A DNA stretch of 64,000 bases from Candidatus Aenigmatarchaeota archaeon. GTDB taxonomy: Archaea > Aenigmatarchaeota > Aenigmatarchaeia > CG10238-14 > SCSR01. A model generated the notes under the pieces. It was given only the letters and a program-made list of their open reading frames with translations, was not told the origin of the DNA and did not search any database. A program made the translations under genes and the position numbers. This document shows positions 20,033-29,303 of the stretch, one piece after another. The stretch is taken from assembly GCA_038998585.1 (NCBI GenBank), contig JAVZGQ010000001.1, positions 9,684-73,683 of the forward strand. The letters are read 5' to 3'. Position 1 is the stretch's first letter. Each line of letters opens with the position of its first letter.

Positions 20033-20317
20033 TTATCTTGCCATATGTTTTTTTCTAACACTCTTCCCAGGTTTAACCACTCCATGGAATCTTGCACAAG
20101 CAGGACATATTCTTATCATCCTTGTCATTGTATGGATGAATCTCCTATCAACTTGCTGAAGGATCGTTGGATCCGTGATTCTGAAACTCTTTCTCACTAC
20201 AAAGGTCTTGTATCTTGGCACCTGTCTACCACACACACCACATATAACTGTTGTCTCCCTTCCTCTAGATTTGGTGTGGGCATACTTTCTCCTGTAAGGT
20301 ACAGTGCTGATCGGCAT
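20033..20317 (-). CDS. rps26e: 30S ribosomal protein S26e
   Basis: 94 aa basic protein; CGVCGRQVP...VVR and CPACARFHGVV resemble the eS26 zinc-binding pattern. Confidence 0.6.
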   Translation of the reverse strand: MPISTVPYRRKYAHTKSRGRETTVICGVCGRQVPRYKTFVVRKSFRITDPTILQQVDRRFIHTMTRMIRICPACARFHGVVKPGKSVRKKHMAR

Positions 20318-20356
20318 ATTCTCTAATAAATAGTTAGAATTTAGGAAATATTAAGG

Positions 20357-21424
20357 TTAAAACAGTTCCAATATTTTCGAAGGATCTGCCTCCTCAAGCA
20401 AGAACTCGTTGCCTCTTTTTTTGAATTTTTCTAAAACTTTTTCTATGTTTGCATCCCCAGGCTCAAATTTTTTCAATTCTTTCATTTTTAGGGGTAAAGA
20501 TATAAGTCCGGTTTTAGAGTGTAAACCATAGGGGGTACGAACTAGACCCATAGGCTTCATACTCGAAGAATCTAGCAAAATTTTATCCCCTCTTTTTTCT
20601 TTGGGCAGGGTTTCAGAGGTTGTTACTTTCGGGATTTCTTTATCAACTTCTTTTTGAATTAATCTGACAAAATCTGCGAATAATGAGAAATAATTTTTTT
20701 CTCTCTTGTTTTCCCCTCTTAAGATCAAAGGCTGATATTTTTCAGGCATTTCAAATTTTTTTATTAAAGACCAAATCTGAAAGCCACGGGAGCCAGAAAA
20801 CTTCATGGCAGGCTTAAGCTTAAATCTTTCAAAAATTTTGTAAACTACTTCAGCAATTTCTTTTGTTTGTTGCCAAGAAACTTTTGGCCCAGGATCAATA
20901 TCAACAATAAGCCAATCAGGCCTATTCACGCCTATGCGATGTACGCATGGAATTACATCTATGCAATGGATGTTCACAAAAAACAACAGATCTTTTGGCG
21001 ACTTCAAAACAATTTTCTTGCCACGAAAATCTCTTCTGAAGAATCTCTGCTCTGTAAACAAACAATAAAATCCTACATAGCGATCTTTACAAAATTCAAA
21101 AACCGTTTCAGCAACATTTGGATAATACTCCTTAGCTTTATAAACAATTATCCAAGGTTGGTTAACTTTTTTCAACTCATCTTCAATTTTTGGCAACAGT
21201 TTAGCAAAATGTCCTTTTCCTTCTTGAGTCACACCATACAAACCTTTAACTTCTTCTAAAAAACCTTTTTGAATCAAACCATTCAAAATCTTTTGAATTT
21301 CTTCTTCTGAAGAAATTTTCAAATCTCTAGAGAGTTTTTCTTTCACATGCTTAAAATCAACCCTTTTGCCAACACCTTTCATTGAAAACATCAAAAGGAG
21401 ATAATCTTCCGGCTTAGCTACCAT
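20357..21424 (-). CDS. archaeo-eukaryotic primase (AEP) family protein, PriS-like catalytic core with N-terminal winged helix
   Basis: AEP motifs: DWLIVDIDP (DxD), FSGSRGFQ (sG.RG.H-like), RTPYGLHSKTGL. Confidence 0.5.
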   Translation of the reverse strand: MVAKPEDYLLLMFSMKGVGKRVDFKHVKEKLSRDLKISSEEEIQKILNGLIQKGFLEEVKGLYGVTQEGKGHFAKLLPKIEDELKKVNQPWIIVYKAKEYYPNVAETVFEFCKDRYVGFYCLFTEQRFFRRDFRGKKIVLKSPKDLLFFVNIHCIDVIPCVHRIGVNRPDWLIVDIDPGPKVSWQQTKEIAEVVYKIFERFKLKPAMKFSGSRGFQIWSLIKKFEMPEKYQPLILRGENKREKNYFSLFADFVRLIQKEVDKEIPKVTTSETLPKEKRGDKILLDSSSMKPMGLVRTPYGLHSKTGLISLPLKMKELKKFEPGDANIEKVLEKFKKRGNEFLLEEADPSKILELF

Positions 21425-21508
21425 AATTTAAGATTGGAAAAAAATTTAAATATAAAACATTAAGTTCTGAAAGTTCTTTAGGATTATTCCTAGTTTTGAA
21501 AATTAAAT

Positions 21509-22348
21509 TTGCTAGTAAAAATTATTTCCTTACAGTGTTTTTGCCCGACAAACTTTGGTTTAAATAGTAAAATGGTCAAATTAAAAACTGTGAAATTTAA
21601 CCAGAATTTAGCAACTATATATGGATATCTTTGCACAGATGGTTATGTAATAACTAATCCACCAAGTCAAAAACATAAGTATTATTGTATTGGTTTAAGA
21701 AATAAGAATGAAATAATTTTACAAGATTTTCAGAAGAATTTTGAAAAAGCATTTGGGATAAAACCAATAAAAGAAAAAGATAGATGTAAACTCCAAAATA
21801 AAAACTTATTTTTACAACTTACAAAAAATTTTTCATTCTATTCTGTATTCTATTCTGATAAGTGGGGTATGTCAAAACTTTCTTTAGAAGAATTAAAATG
21901 TCGGCTAAGAGCTTATTTTGATTGTGATGCATGAGTTGAGTTTCAAAAAGGTAAAAGTAGATCAATAAGATTAGAATCTATTAACAAAAATGGTCTAGAA
22001 CAAATTAGAACCTTTTTATTAAAGTTTGGGATTAAACCCTCTGATGCGAAGAAAATAAAGAATAGAAATATTTGGCATATTTATATTTGTAGTAAAGATA
22101 ATCTTCTAAGATTCAAAGAAAATATAGGATTTTTACATCAAGATAAAAATAAAAAAATCTTAGAAACTATCAACTCATATAAAACTTATGAATGGATAAT
22201 ACCAAATAAAAGAGAAGAATTTATCGAATTTATAAATAAAAAAGATAGGTTGAGAAACGACACTAAAGATATTAGATTCTTTTCAATACTCAAAACTAAT
22301 TTAATAAAATTAAGAGATAAGCTAATGGATTACAACTTTAATGTATAA
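21509..22348 (+). pseudogene. free-standing LAGLIDADG homing endonuclease gene interrupted by an in-frame TGA (21932-21934)
   Basis: First motif LATIYGYLCTDGYV; second motif LRAYFDCDA-stop-VEFQKGK; the same frame stays open 137 more codons to TAA at 22346. Confidence 0.6.
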
Positions 22349-22431
22349 ATATATGGCCCATGGAAGAATAATAGAGGGAGAATTTATTATTGTTTATCTT
22401 TTAAACAAAAAGAACTAATTAAATTAAGGAG

Positions 22432-23927
22432 GTGAGAGAGATAAGTCTAAAAGAAAAATTGAGAAAAATTAGGCCTTGCATATGGGAATTGCCAAAAGAA
22501 GCCAAGCAAGGTATGAAAGTACCAGCATGGCTTTTCTTGTCAGAAAAACTTTTAAAAGAAGTAGAAGACGGAGCAATAGAACAAGCAGCCAATGTTGCTT
22601 TTCTACCAGGAATTTACAAGCATAGCATAGCACTCCCCGATATGCATTTTGGATATGGATAGAGCTTAGCTTCCCAGAATTCCAATAGGGGGAGTGGCAG
22701 CATTAGACTACAAAGAAGGCGGCTTGAGCCCCGGTGGCATCGGATTGGATTTAGATCCACGAAATTGACATAAATTGTGGGGTTCGCCTCCTTCGCACAA
22801 ATCTAACAGTAGATCAAATTAGACCAAGGCTTAAAGATTTGCTAGAATCGATTTTCAACAATGTTCCCTCTGGAGTTGGTGAATTTGGTAAGATTAAGTT
22901 AAGCTTTTCTGAGCTTGATGAAGTTCTGTTTAAAGGAGCAAGGTGGGCTGTTGAAAAAGGCTATGGGACTGAAAAAGATTTGGAACATTTAGAGGAAAAC
23001 GGTTGTATTAAAGGCGCAAACCCAGAAAGAGTTTCTATCCAAGCTAAAAAGAGAGGTGCTCCTCAGCTTGGTACTTTAGGAGCAGGGAATCATTTTCTTG
23101 AAATTCAAGTTGTGAATAAAATATTTTTACCAGAAGTTGCGAAAGTTTTTGGAATAGAAAGAGAAGGACAGGTGTTTGTAGAAATCCATACAGGGTCAAG
23201 AGGGTTGGGACATCAAGTTTGTGCAGATTACCTAAAAATTTTAGAATCAAGGTTTAGAGATGAATTGAGAAAATTACCTGATCGTGAACTAGTTTATGCC
23301 CCTGCTGGAACTCAAGAATGTGAGGATTATTTTTCTGCAATGGCTTGTGCTGCAAACTATGCTTACACCAATCGACAAGTGATAACTCATTGGGTAAGAG
23401 AAAGTTTAGTTAAGGTATTAAAAATGAAACTAGAAGATATAGGGCTTGAAATAGTTTATGATCAAGCACACAATCGTGGATTTATCGAGGAACATAAAAT
23501 TAACGGTGAAAAGAGAAAAGTCTTTGTGCATAGAAAAGGTGCTAGTCTTGCCTTACCACCAAATCATCCCAATCTACCTCCAGAATATAGGAAGACAGGT
23601 CAGCCGGTATTAATTCCAGGTTCTATGGGGAGTGCATCATATGTATTGGTAGGTCAGGAAACAGGAGAAATAACATTTTATTCTACTGCTCATGGTGCAG
23701 GAAGAGTCGAATCAAGATCGAGAGCACTTAAACAAATAAGAGGAGAAGAAGTTGCGAAAATGCTCGAACAAAGAGGTATACTAACAAGGGCGGCAAGTTG
23801 GAAAGTTCTTGCAGAAGAAAGGCCAGAGGCATACAAGGAAATAGACGAAGTAGCACGAGTTAGCGATGAAGCTGGGATAGGAAAGCGTGTAGCTCGTTTT
23901 GTTCCTCTTGGAGTTGTAAAAGGTTAG
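22432..23927 (+). CDS. rtcB: tRNA-splicing ligase RtcB, coding sequence interrupted by two 19-nt insertions
   Basis: GTG start preceded by aggagg; N-terminal 76 aa end at ...DMHFGYG; the middle segment [22 protein letters not shown] is in the +1 frame; the C-terminal 362 aa ([10 protein letters not shown]...GAGNHFLEIQ...) are in the next frame. Confidence 0.75.
22660..22678 (+). other. 19-nt insertion #1 in rtcB (tagagcttagcttcccaga)
   Basis: Starts with an in-frame TAG; removal gives [11 protein letters not shown], matching the conserved RtcB sequence. Confidence 0.65.
22745..22763 (+). other. 19-nt insertion #2 in rtcB (ttggatttagatccacgaa), contains hairpin ggat-ttag-atcc
   Basis: Removal gives [14 protein letters not shown], matching conserved RtcB; the insert carries stops in both adjacent frames. 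Confidence 0.65.
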
Positions 23928-24339
23928 CTAAAGACAAAAACAGCTTTTTCTTAAATAATTTTTCTTTAATAGTTAATAGGTAACTTACTAAGCAAATGAC
24001 AGATATCTTTTTTACTTTTAATTTTTACAGCATACAAATTAATTCCTGCAGCAAATGGCTCAGCATTTTCTTTTAAGTCTGTGAAGAAGTCAAAGTTATC
24101 ATAAATGGAAAAACACTTATGGTAAAAAATAGATTTAGAACTCATTTGGTTTGGGTAGGAGTGATTAAAGTTTTAGAGATATGTGGGATTTCGAATGGAA
24201 AATAGACCTTTAATTTTTTGTATTCTTCAAAAAGTAGGATAAATCTCTTATTTTGGATGATAATGAAGTGTTTTAGAAAAGACTCTAGTTGACTACTATT
24301 TTTTTGAATTTATAAATTAAAAGTTTAAGCTCTAGAGTA

Positions 24340-24477
24340 TTATCTAAAACTAGCTTCCATTTTTTTCATCAATTTTTTAGAATGGTATTCGCACTCATAG
24401 CAAACCCACTCATCTAAAATTTTAGTTAAGCTTTTGTTTCCACAATTTGGACATCTCTTTATTTTAAATTCACACAT
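24340..24477 (-). CDS. small zinc-ribbon protein (45 aa), not in the ORF track
   Basis: MCEFKIKRCPNCGNKSLTKILDEWVCYECEYHSKK...; immediately downstream of archease. Confidence 0.3.
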   Translation of the reverse strand: MCEFKIKRCPNCGNKSLTKILDEWVCYECEYHSKKLMKKMEASFR

Positions 24478-24523
24478 AATATTAACCCACTATAAGAAAA
24501 TTAATTTGAAAAATTTAACAATT

Positions 24524-24943
24524 TTAAATGTCCAGAATAACTCTAGCTTTCCAAATTTCGTTCTTTTTGATTTCCATTTTATGATATGTGCAGGCTTTAA
24601 CATGAGTTCTTGTTTCATGTTTTTCTCTATCCATAAATTCTCCTTTACATTTAGCTTTTAAGCTTAAATTTTTTTCATCAACTTTTACACTAAATTTTGA
24701 GAAGGCCAAATTTTCTGCATCTACAAAAACCAACAATTCATTCAACCAATTGAAGAGAAGTGATTGGAGGTCTTTCCCGTTCAATTCAATACTTCTTTCT
24801 ATTCTCGCTTTTACTTGTTTTGTGTTTATTATGACCTCAAACATCGCTAGTGCTGCATTGGTAAATAATTCATCCAGATTTTTACCATAAGCTTCAAAAG
24901 CAACATCACTCGTTGTTATGTCAACAAACTTAAATTTCTTCAT
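24524..24943 (-). CDS. archease (RtcB ligase cofactor)
   Basis: 139 aa; HTADI-type N-terminus (VDITTSDVAFEAYGKNLDELFTNAALAMFEVI) typical of archease. Confidence 0.8.
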   Translation of the reverse strand: MKKFKFVDITTSDVAFEAYGKNLDELFTNAALAMFEVIINTKQVKARIERSIELNGKDLQSLLFNWLNELLVFVDAENLAFSKFSVKVDEKNLSLKAKCKGEFMDREKHETRTHVKACTYHKMEIKKNEIWKARVILDI

Positions 24944-25240
24944 ATTAAATATTTTTTCATTAAAAAATTAAATTCAAAAGAAATGAAAAATGATTTATAT
25001 GGTCTTTAGAGCATAGATTTCGAAAAAGCTTTTATTCAAAAATATTAGGTAAGTCTTGAGAATTTCACCAGAAAATTGTAAAAAAGTTTAAATAGGTTTT
25101 GTTAGAATTATAAATGATTCTTCTTCATAAAGCAAATTGATAAAAAATCGAAAAGATTAAATATTTTGAATTAAATAAGTTTTTTGAATTGGTTGATGAC
25201 TTTTTCTTTTTAAAGGAAACTTGGGTGAAGAGGTGAGAAT

Positions 25241-26812
25241 TTGGTAGAAGAGAAAGAGAGTTTTTTATTGACTGAAATACGAAGAGAGAATGAAGCAAGG
25301 ATAAGGGCCTTGGGAAGTGGTGATATTAATCATATTGATTTTAATAAAATTTTTATATGGTCATATGTTGACGATGTCTATGAACAATTTTTGGATGCCG
25401 TGGAGAAGAAGAATGAAATTGAGGCTAAAAACTTAATTGAAACAAAAAAACAAATTCTCCATTATTTTTACGATCAACTTCATAAATTATATGAAATAAT
25501 CAATCTTTCAAGTGTTTCTGTGACAGGAGAATTAAAAGAAAAAGATGAGACAGAAGAATCGAGGGTAAATAGCTTAAAAGAAAAAAGAAGAGGACAAATA
25601 GATAAGGCACGTAAGATGATTTCACAATACTTAAAGTATGTTGAAGAATTAGAGAAAAATTTAGACACAGATCCTGAGGCTTTAAAACATTTGGGCACTT
25701 TCCTTTATTTGGCAAATGAGAGGGCTTATGCTTCTTCTCAAATAATAGATGCTACTTTGGACAGAACTTGTAGAATTCTAGAAATGACTAAAGAAAAGGG
25801 ACCAGACGAATACCCGAGACAAATTGAAGAGTTGAGAAGAAAAGCCATTTCAGCGTTAACCCGCTATATATCCTCACTCGAAGCTTCAAAAGAATTTGAT
25901 AGGATTCATTCTTCCGAAGGAGAGGTCTTCGGTGTACACGGAGAGTATTATCATGATTATCTTGGAGAAGGTAATTTAACATTGGGTTTTTGTGAGCCAA
26001 TAATCTTTAACATAACACTCATGGATTTAGGTGAAAAAGACTTAGAGAATTTGAATAAAAAGATAGAAGATGTGGCGAAGGAGTATAAATTAAGTGATGA
26101 AATGAAAAATAAAATTTTAGGTAAAGTTAAAGGAGCAACCGATTTGCTGAAAGATTTTTATGGGTTGAGCAATATAGACTCTATTCTAATCGATGCAAAT
26201 ATGCTTTACATTATAGCAAAAGAGAGGGGGAAATATATAAAAGAATTCTTTAAAAGGGGGAAGTGTCATGCCATTCCTCTATTTCTAATCCACACCTATG
26301 AAGAGCCATATTTTTATCAAATAGTTGACATATTAGTTAGATTTGAAAGTGAGAGGCTGGGCTCTCCAATAACATTAAAAGAGCAAGTGGAATTGGCCGG
26401 AAGTTGGTATCTGAGCAAATATTCTTCAGTCATTAACGAAATGGCAAAAGCGGTCGTTGATTTAAAAGATTCGATAAAATTGACAAAAGACGTAATACAA
26501 TATCAAACTCTTCTCAATTATTTGGAAAAAATTGACAAAGCCTCAAAAGAATTCTTAACCCCTTCAGGAATTTTATTAATTGCTGAAGATGGCAAACCAT
26601 ATAAAATAACAAGGGAAGAGTTTCGGAAAATTATAAAGAATATAAAATCTGGCGTCGAGGAGTACAGGAAGAATCGAATTTTCCCAGATGGAATGGAAGA
26701 AGATATCAATAGAGCATTAGAGTATACAAAAAGAGCCTTTAATCGAGCTAAAGAAGCCTATTTTAAATTAAAAACACCAAAGAAGACTGAGGAAACTCTT
26801 TTATACTTGTAG
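25241..26812 (+). CDS. hypothetical protein (523 aa, alpha-helical)
   Basis: Long ORF with TTG start; no recognisable catalytic motif. Confidence 0.45.
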   Translation: MVEEKESFLLTEIRRENEARIRALGSGDINHIDFNKIFIWSYVDDVYEQFLDAVEKKNEIEAKNLIETKKQILHYFYDQLHKLYEIINLSSVSVTGELKEKDETEESRVNSLKEKRRGQIDKARKMISQYLKYVEELEKNLDTDPEALKHLGTFLYLANERAYASSQIIDATLDRTCRILEMTKEKGPDEYPRQIEELRRKAISALTRYISSLEASKEFDRIHSSEGEVFGVHGEYYHDYLGEGNLTLGFCEPIIFNITLMDLGEKDLENLNKKIEDVAKEYKLSDEMKNKILGKVKGATDLLKDFYGLSNIDSILIDANMLYIIAKERGKYIKEFFKRGKCHAIPLFLIHTYEEPYFYQIVDILVRFESERLGSPITLKEQVELAGSWYLSKYSSVINEMAKAVVDLKDSIKLTKDVIQYQTLLNYLEKIDKASKEFLTPSGILLIAEDGKPYKITREEFRKIIKNIKSGVEEYRKNRIFPDGMEEDINRALEYTKRAFNRAKEAYFKLKTPKKTEETLLYL

Positions 26813-26834
26813 ATTGTCGACCAACTCGGTCTTT

Positions 26835-27140
26835 TTATATGTATCTATATTTTTCTATTTGTACTTTTTTTCCTGATTTGAGGGCATCAATAGCGGCAAT
26901 TAAGACCATTTCTGCTTCCTCTAAGCAGTTTTCTATAGCTATGCTGTTATGATCAAAGCGAGGTGAATAAGCGATAGCTCCTGTTTTATTTTCTTCATCT
27001 ATACTCAAGCATATCATTGGACTCTTTGACTTTAGATTGACTTTTTCTAAAATTTTACTAATTTCCTCAAAGTCTCCTGAAATCACGTAGTTTGGTGGGT
27101 ATGCCACATATTCCCCGTTTCTTTTTAGTAGTTGCGCCAT
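26835..27140 (-). CDS. hypothetical protein (101 aa)
   Basis: Clean ORF, no motif recognised. Confidence 0.35.
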   Translation of the reverse strand: MAQLLKRNGEYVAYPPNYVISGDFEEISKILEKVNLKSKSPMICLSIDEENKTGAIAYSPRFDHNSIAIENCLEEAEMVLIAAIDALKSGKKVQIEKYRYI

Positions 27141-27321
27141 AATAATTAATTAATTCGAAAAGTTTATAAATATTTATTTATTAGAAATTTTACAAAAATT
27201 TTTTATTGAAAATACAAAATTCACACCCTTTATTTTTACATTATCTTTTAATTTCTCATGGCGGTTCATCATTTGAAGTTTAGTTATTTAATTAAGAATT
27301 ACTAACATATTTTAGAATCAT

Positions 27322-27975
27322 ATGTTTAAAAGCAGGAAAGGTCAATTTTTTCCCTATCTAGACACAGCACCAAGAAAGAGCTATCCTATTTTAACAACCT
27401 CCCTTATAGTCTTGAATGTTCTAATCTTCTTTTGGAGCTTAACAGACTATGAAAAAATAATCTATACTTTTGGTTTCATTCCAATTAAATTTTCTGTTCT
27501 AACGCTTTTCACTTCCATGTTCTTACACGGTGGTTTAGACCACTTGTTTGGAAATATGTGGTATCTCTGGATTTTTGGCGATAATGTTGAGGATAGATTG
27601 GGTAGGATTAAGTTCATTTTGCTCTATTTTCTTTCGGGCCTTTCAGCAGCCTTTTTCCAATTCTTAACAGATCCTTATTCCACCATCCCAAGCATAGGAG
27701 CTTCTGGGGCAATTTCAGGCATACTTGGAGCTTACTTATTTCTATTCCCAAAAGAGAAAATTTTGACAAATGTCCAATACGTTCTTATAAGAGTCCCGGC
27801 TTATGTTGTCATAGGGGTTTGGTTTTTGATTCAATTTATCTTTGGTACAGCTAGTTTGCTTGGAGGAATAGGGAGCAATATAGCTTTCTGGGCCCACATA
27901 GGCGGCTTTTTGTTCGGCCTAGCTTTTACTAAACTCATTGTAAAAAAGAGAAGAAATCTAAAGCTTGAATTTTAA
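27322..27975 (+). CDS. rhomboid family intramembrane serine protease
   Basis: GASGAISG (GxSG) motif and the downstream catalytic His in HIGGFLFG; six TM helices. Confidence 0.75.
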   Translation: MFKSRKGQFFPYLDTAPRKSYPILTTSLIVLNVLIFFWSLTDYEKIIYTFGFIPIKFSVLTLFTSMFLHGGLDHLFGNMWYLWIFGDNVEDRLGRIKFILLYFLSGLSAAFFQFLTDPYSTIPSIGASGAISGILGAYLFLFPKEKILTNVQYVLIRVPAYVVIGVWFLIQFIFGTASLLGGIGSNIAFWAHIGGFLFGLAFTKLIVKKRRNLKLEF

Positions 27976-28788
27976 ATCTATTTTTTTGAAAGTCTGAAGC
28001 ATCTTCAAGCTATCTTGTTCAAGAATGGGGGATTCAGAAATTATTGTTATGTTAACCCTTCTTTTCAAAATTTCTTCAGCCAAAGGTTTAAATGGAGGAT
28101 GAGAATTTACGGGTATGTGAACATCTAAAAATTTTTTTGTATTGAGATTGTATTTGGCGTTTGAAAAGTGGGAATAGATATGGTCAAAATCTTTCAGCTT
28201 TTCCAGAATTCCTACATAATCAATTTTCCCATTATTTCTCACAAACAAATGAGCAAAATCGACGTTAATTGTGAGTTGTTTAGAGTTAACTTTTTTCACG
28301 AGCTGGAGCAGCCCATCTAGATCAGCAAACTGGCTTTCTTTTGCCATGGTTTCGTAGGCTAGTAAAGGATTTTTTATCCCATTTTTTCTAGCCTCTTCCA
28401 ATATTTCTTCTGTTATATTTACCATCCTTTCCATAGCATCTTCTTTCGATAAGCCCCCATAGTAAGCGGCATGTACCACAATGGCTTTAGCTCCCATTCT
28501 ATCTGCTCTATCTAAAGATTCTAAAATCCTTTTCTTAGAAGCTTCCACCGTCGTTTTCTTGTCTGAGAGCAAATTTATGAAATAGGGTGCATGGACAGTA
28601 AGGCTTATTCCATAGTCTTTGGCGATCTTTCCGATTTCTTCTGCTTTTTTTTGATTCATATAAATATTTTTCACAAATTCAACTTCCATCGCATTTAACC
28701 CAAGCTCAGAAATTTTTCTTATTCCACCTTCTGTTGTTCTATCTTCAGCCACAGTCGGAATTCCAGCAGGGCCGAGAAATATCCTCAT
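27958..28788 (-). CDS. AP endonuclease family 2 / xylose-isomerase-like TIM-barrel protein (endonuclease IV-like)
   Basis: TIM-barrel sugar-phosphate isomerase/epimerase-like pattern with conserved His/Glu/Asp. Confidence 0.5.
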   Translation of the reverse strand: MRIFLGPAGIPTVAEDRTTEGGIRKISELGLNAMEVEFVKNIYMNQKKAEEIGKIAKDYGISLTVHAPYFINLLSDKKTTVEASKKRILESLDRADRMGAKAIVVHAAYYGGLSKEDAMERMVNITEEILEEARKNGIKNPLLAYETMAKESQFADLDGLLQLVKKVNSKQLTINVDFAHLFVRNNGKIDYVGILEKLKDFDHIYSHFSNAKYNLNTKKFLDVHIPVNSHPPFKPLAEEILKRRVNITIISESPILEQDSLKMLQTFKKIDLKFKL

Positions 28789-28820
28789 AAATTATAGATG
28801 AATTTGAAAAGAAAAATACC

Positions 28821-28976
28821 TTAGCCAAAAAATTTGAGCAAGAGTTCCAAAGCTATTATTCCAACAACAATAATTACAACGTGTTCAGGCTTTATAGTAA
28901 GCATCTCTTCCTCTTCTTGATACCTAAGTAAACCACCTGTACCCATAGGCATGTAAATTCTATCTCTTCTCGCCAT
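28821..28976 (-). CDS. preprotein translocase subunit Sec61-beta (SecG-like), not in the ORF track
   Basis: 51 aa: MARRDRIYMPMGTGGLLRYQEEEEMLTIKPEHVVIIVVGIIALELLLKFFG; GGLLRY motif plus a C-terminal TM helix. Confidence 0.55.
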   Translation of the reverse strand: MARRDRIYMPMGTGGLLRYQEEEEMLTIKPEHVVIIVVGIIALELLLKFFG

Positions 28977-29006
28977 AATTTATCTTACTCATTTTAAAAA
29001 TAAAAA

Positions 29007-29263
29007 GGCGTGCTGGTTATAGCCCGTCTTTTGTTTAAGGTAGCATTTGTCTAAGCGTATCAAACTTGCACCTCACAGGGGCACCGATCCGTTTCATCTT
29101 TCTCTACCCCAACTCCGTTTTCTTCATCGTTACCGAGGTAGGAAAGTCTCGTTTCTGATATCGGTGCTACCTTCTCAGGTAGGCAGAGCCACCCTCTCAA
29201 GGTGGACGGAACTTCCTCAGCCTTTCTTTGATAGAAAGGCCGAAGCTACCCAACCAGCTCGCC
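29007..29263 (-). ncRNA. rnpB: RNase P RNA candidate (compact, ~257 nt)
   Basis: GC-rich island in AT-rich DNA; 10-bp terminal helix GGCGAGCUGG/CCAGCACGCC (P1); P2 GGUAGC/GCUACC; a 9-bp P3-like hairpin; CR-I-like GAGGAAGUUCCGUCC; CR-II-like UGAAACGG; CR-V-like AAAAGACGGGCUAUAA with P4 pairing UCCGUC/GACGGG; element order P1-P2-P3-P4 ... P2'-P4'-P1'; TATA-like tttataa ~30 nt upstream. Confidence 0.6.
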
Positions 29264-29303
29264 TAATAATTTACTGAGAAAAAGTATTTATAAGATTTAT
29301 GGT

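Noticed and set aside
21932-21934. In-frame TGA in the LAGLIDADG gene as evidence of a reassigned genetic code (UGA = Gly/Trp/Sec)
   Set aside because: Every other long gene in the window terminates normally and none needs TGA read-through; no SECIS-like context. It is a single nonsense mutation.
22660-22763. Canonical bulge-helix-bulge (hBHBh') intron fold around the rtcB inserts
   Set aside because: I could not find a 4-bp central helix between the intron 5' portion and the first 4 nt of the downstream exon for either insert. Only weak outer pairing (UGGA/UCCA) exists. If these are introns the motif is relaxed, so this is left as a hypothesis.
29007-29263. The structured RNA as SRP (7S) RNA
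   Set aside because: There is no GNRA-capped helix-8-like element with the conserved SRP54-binding loops. The order of conserved blocks instead fits RNase P (P1-P2-P3-CR-I ... P2'-CR-V-P1').
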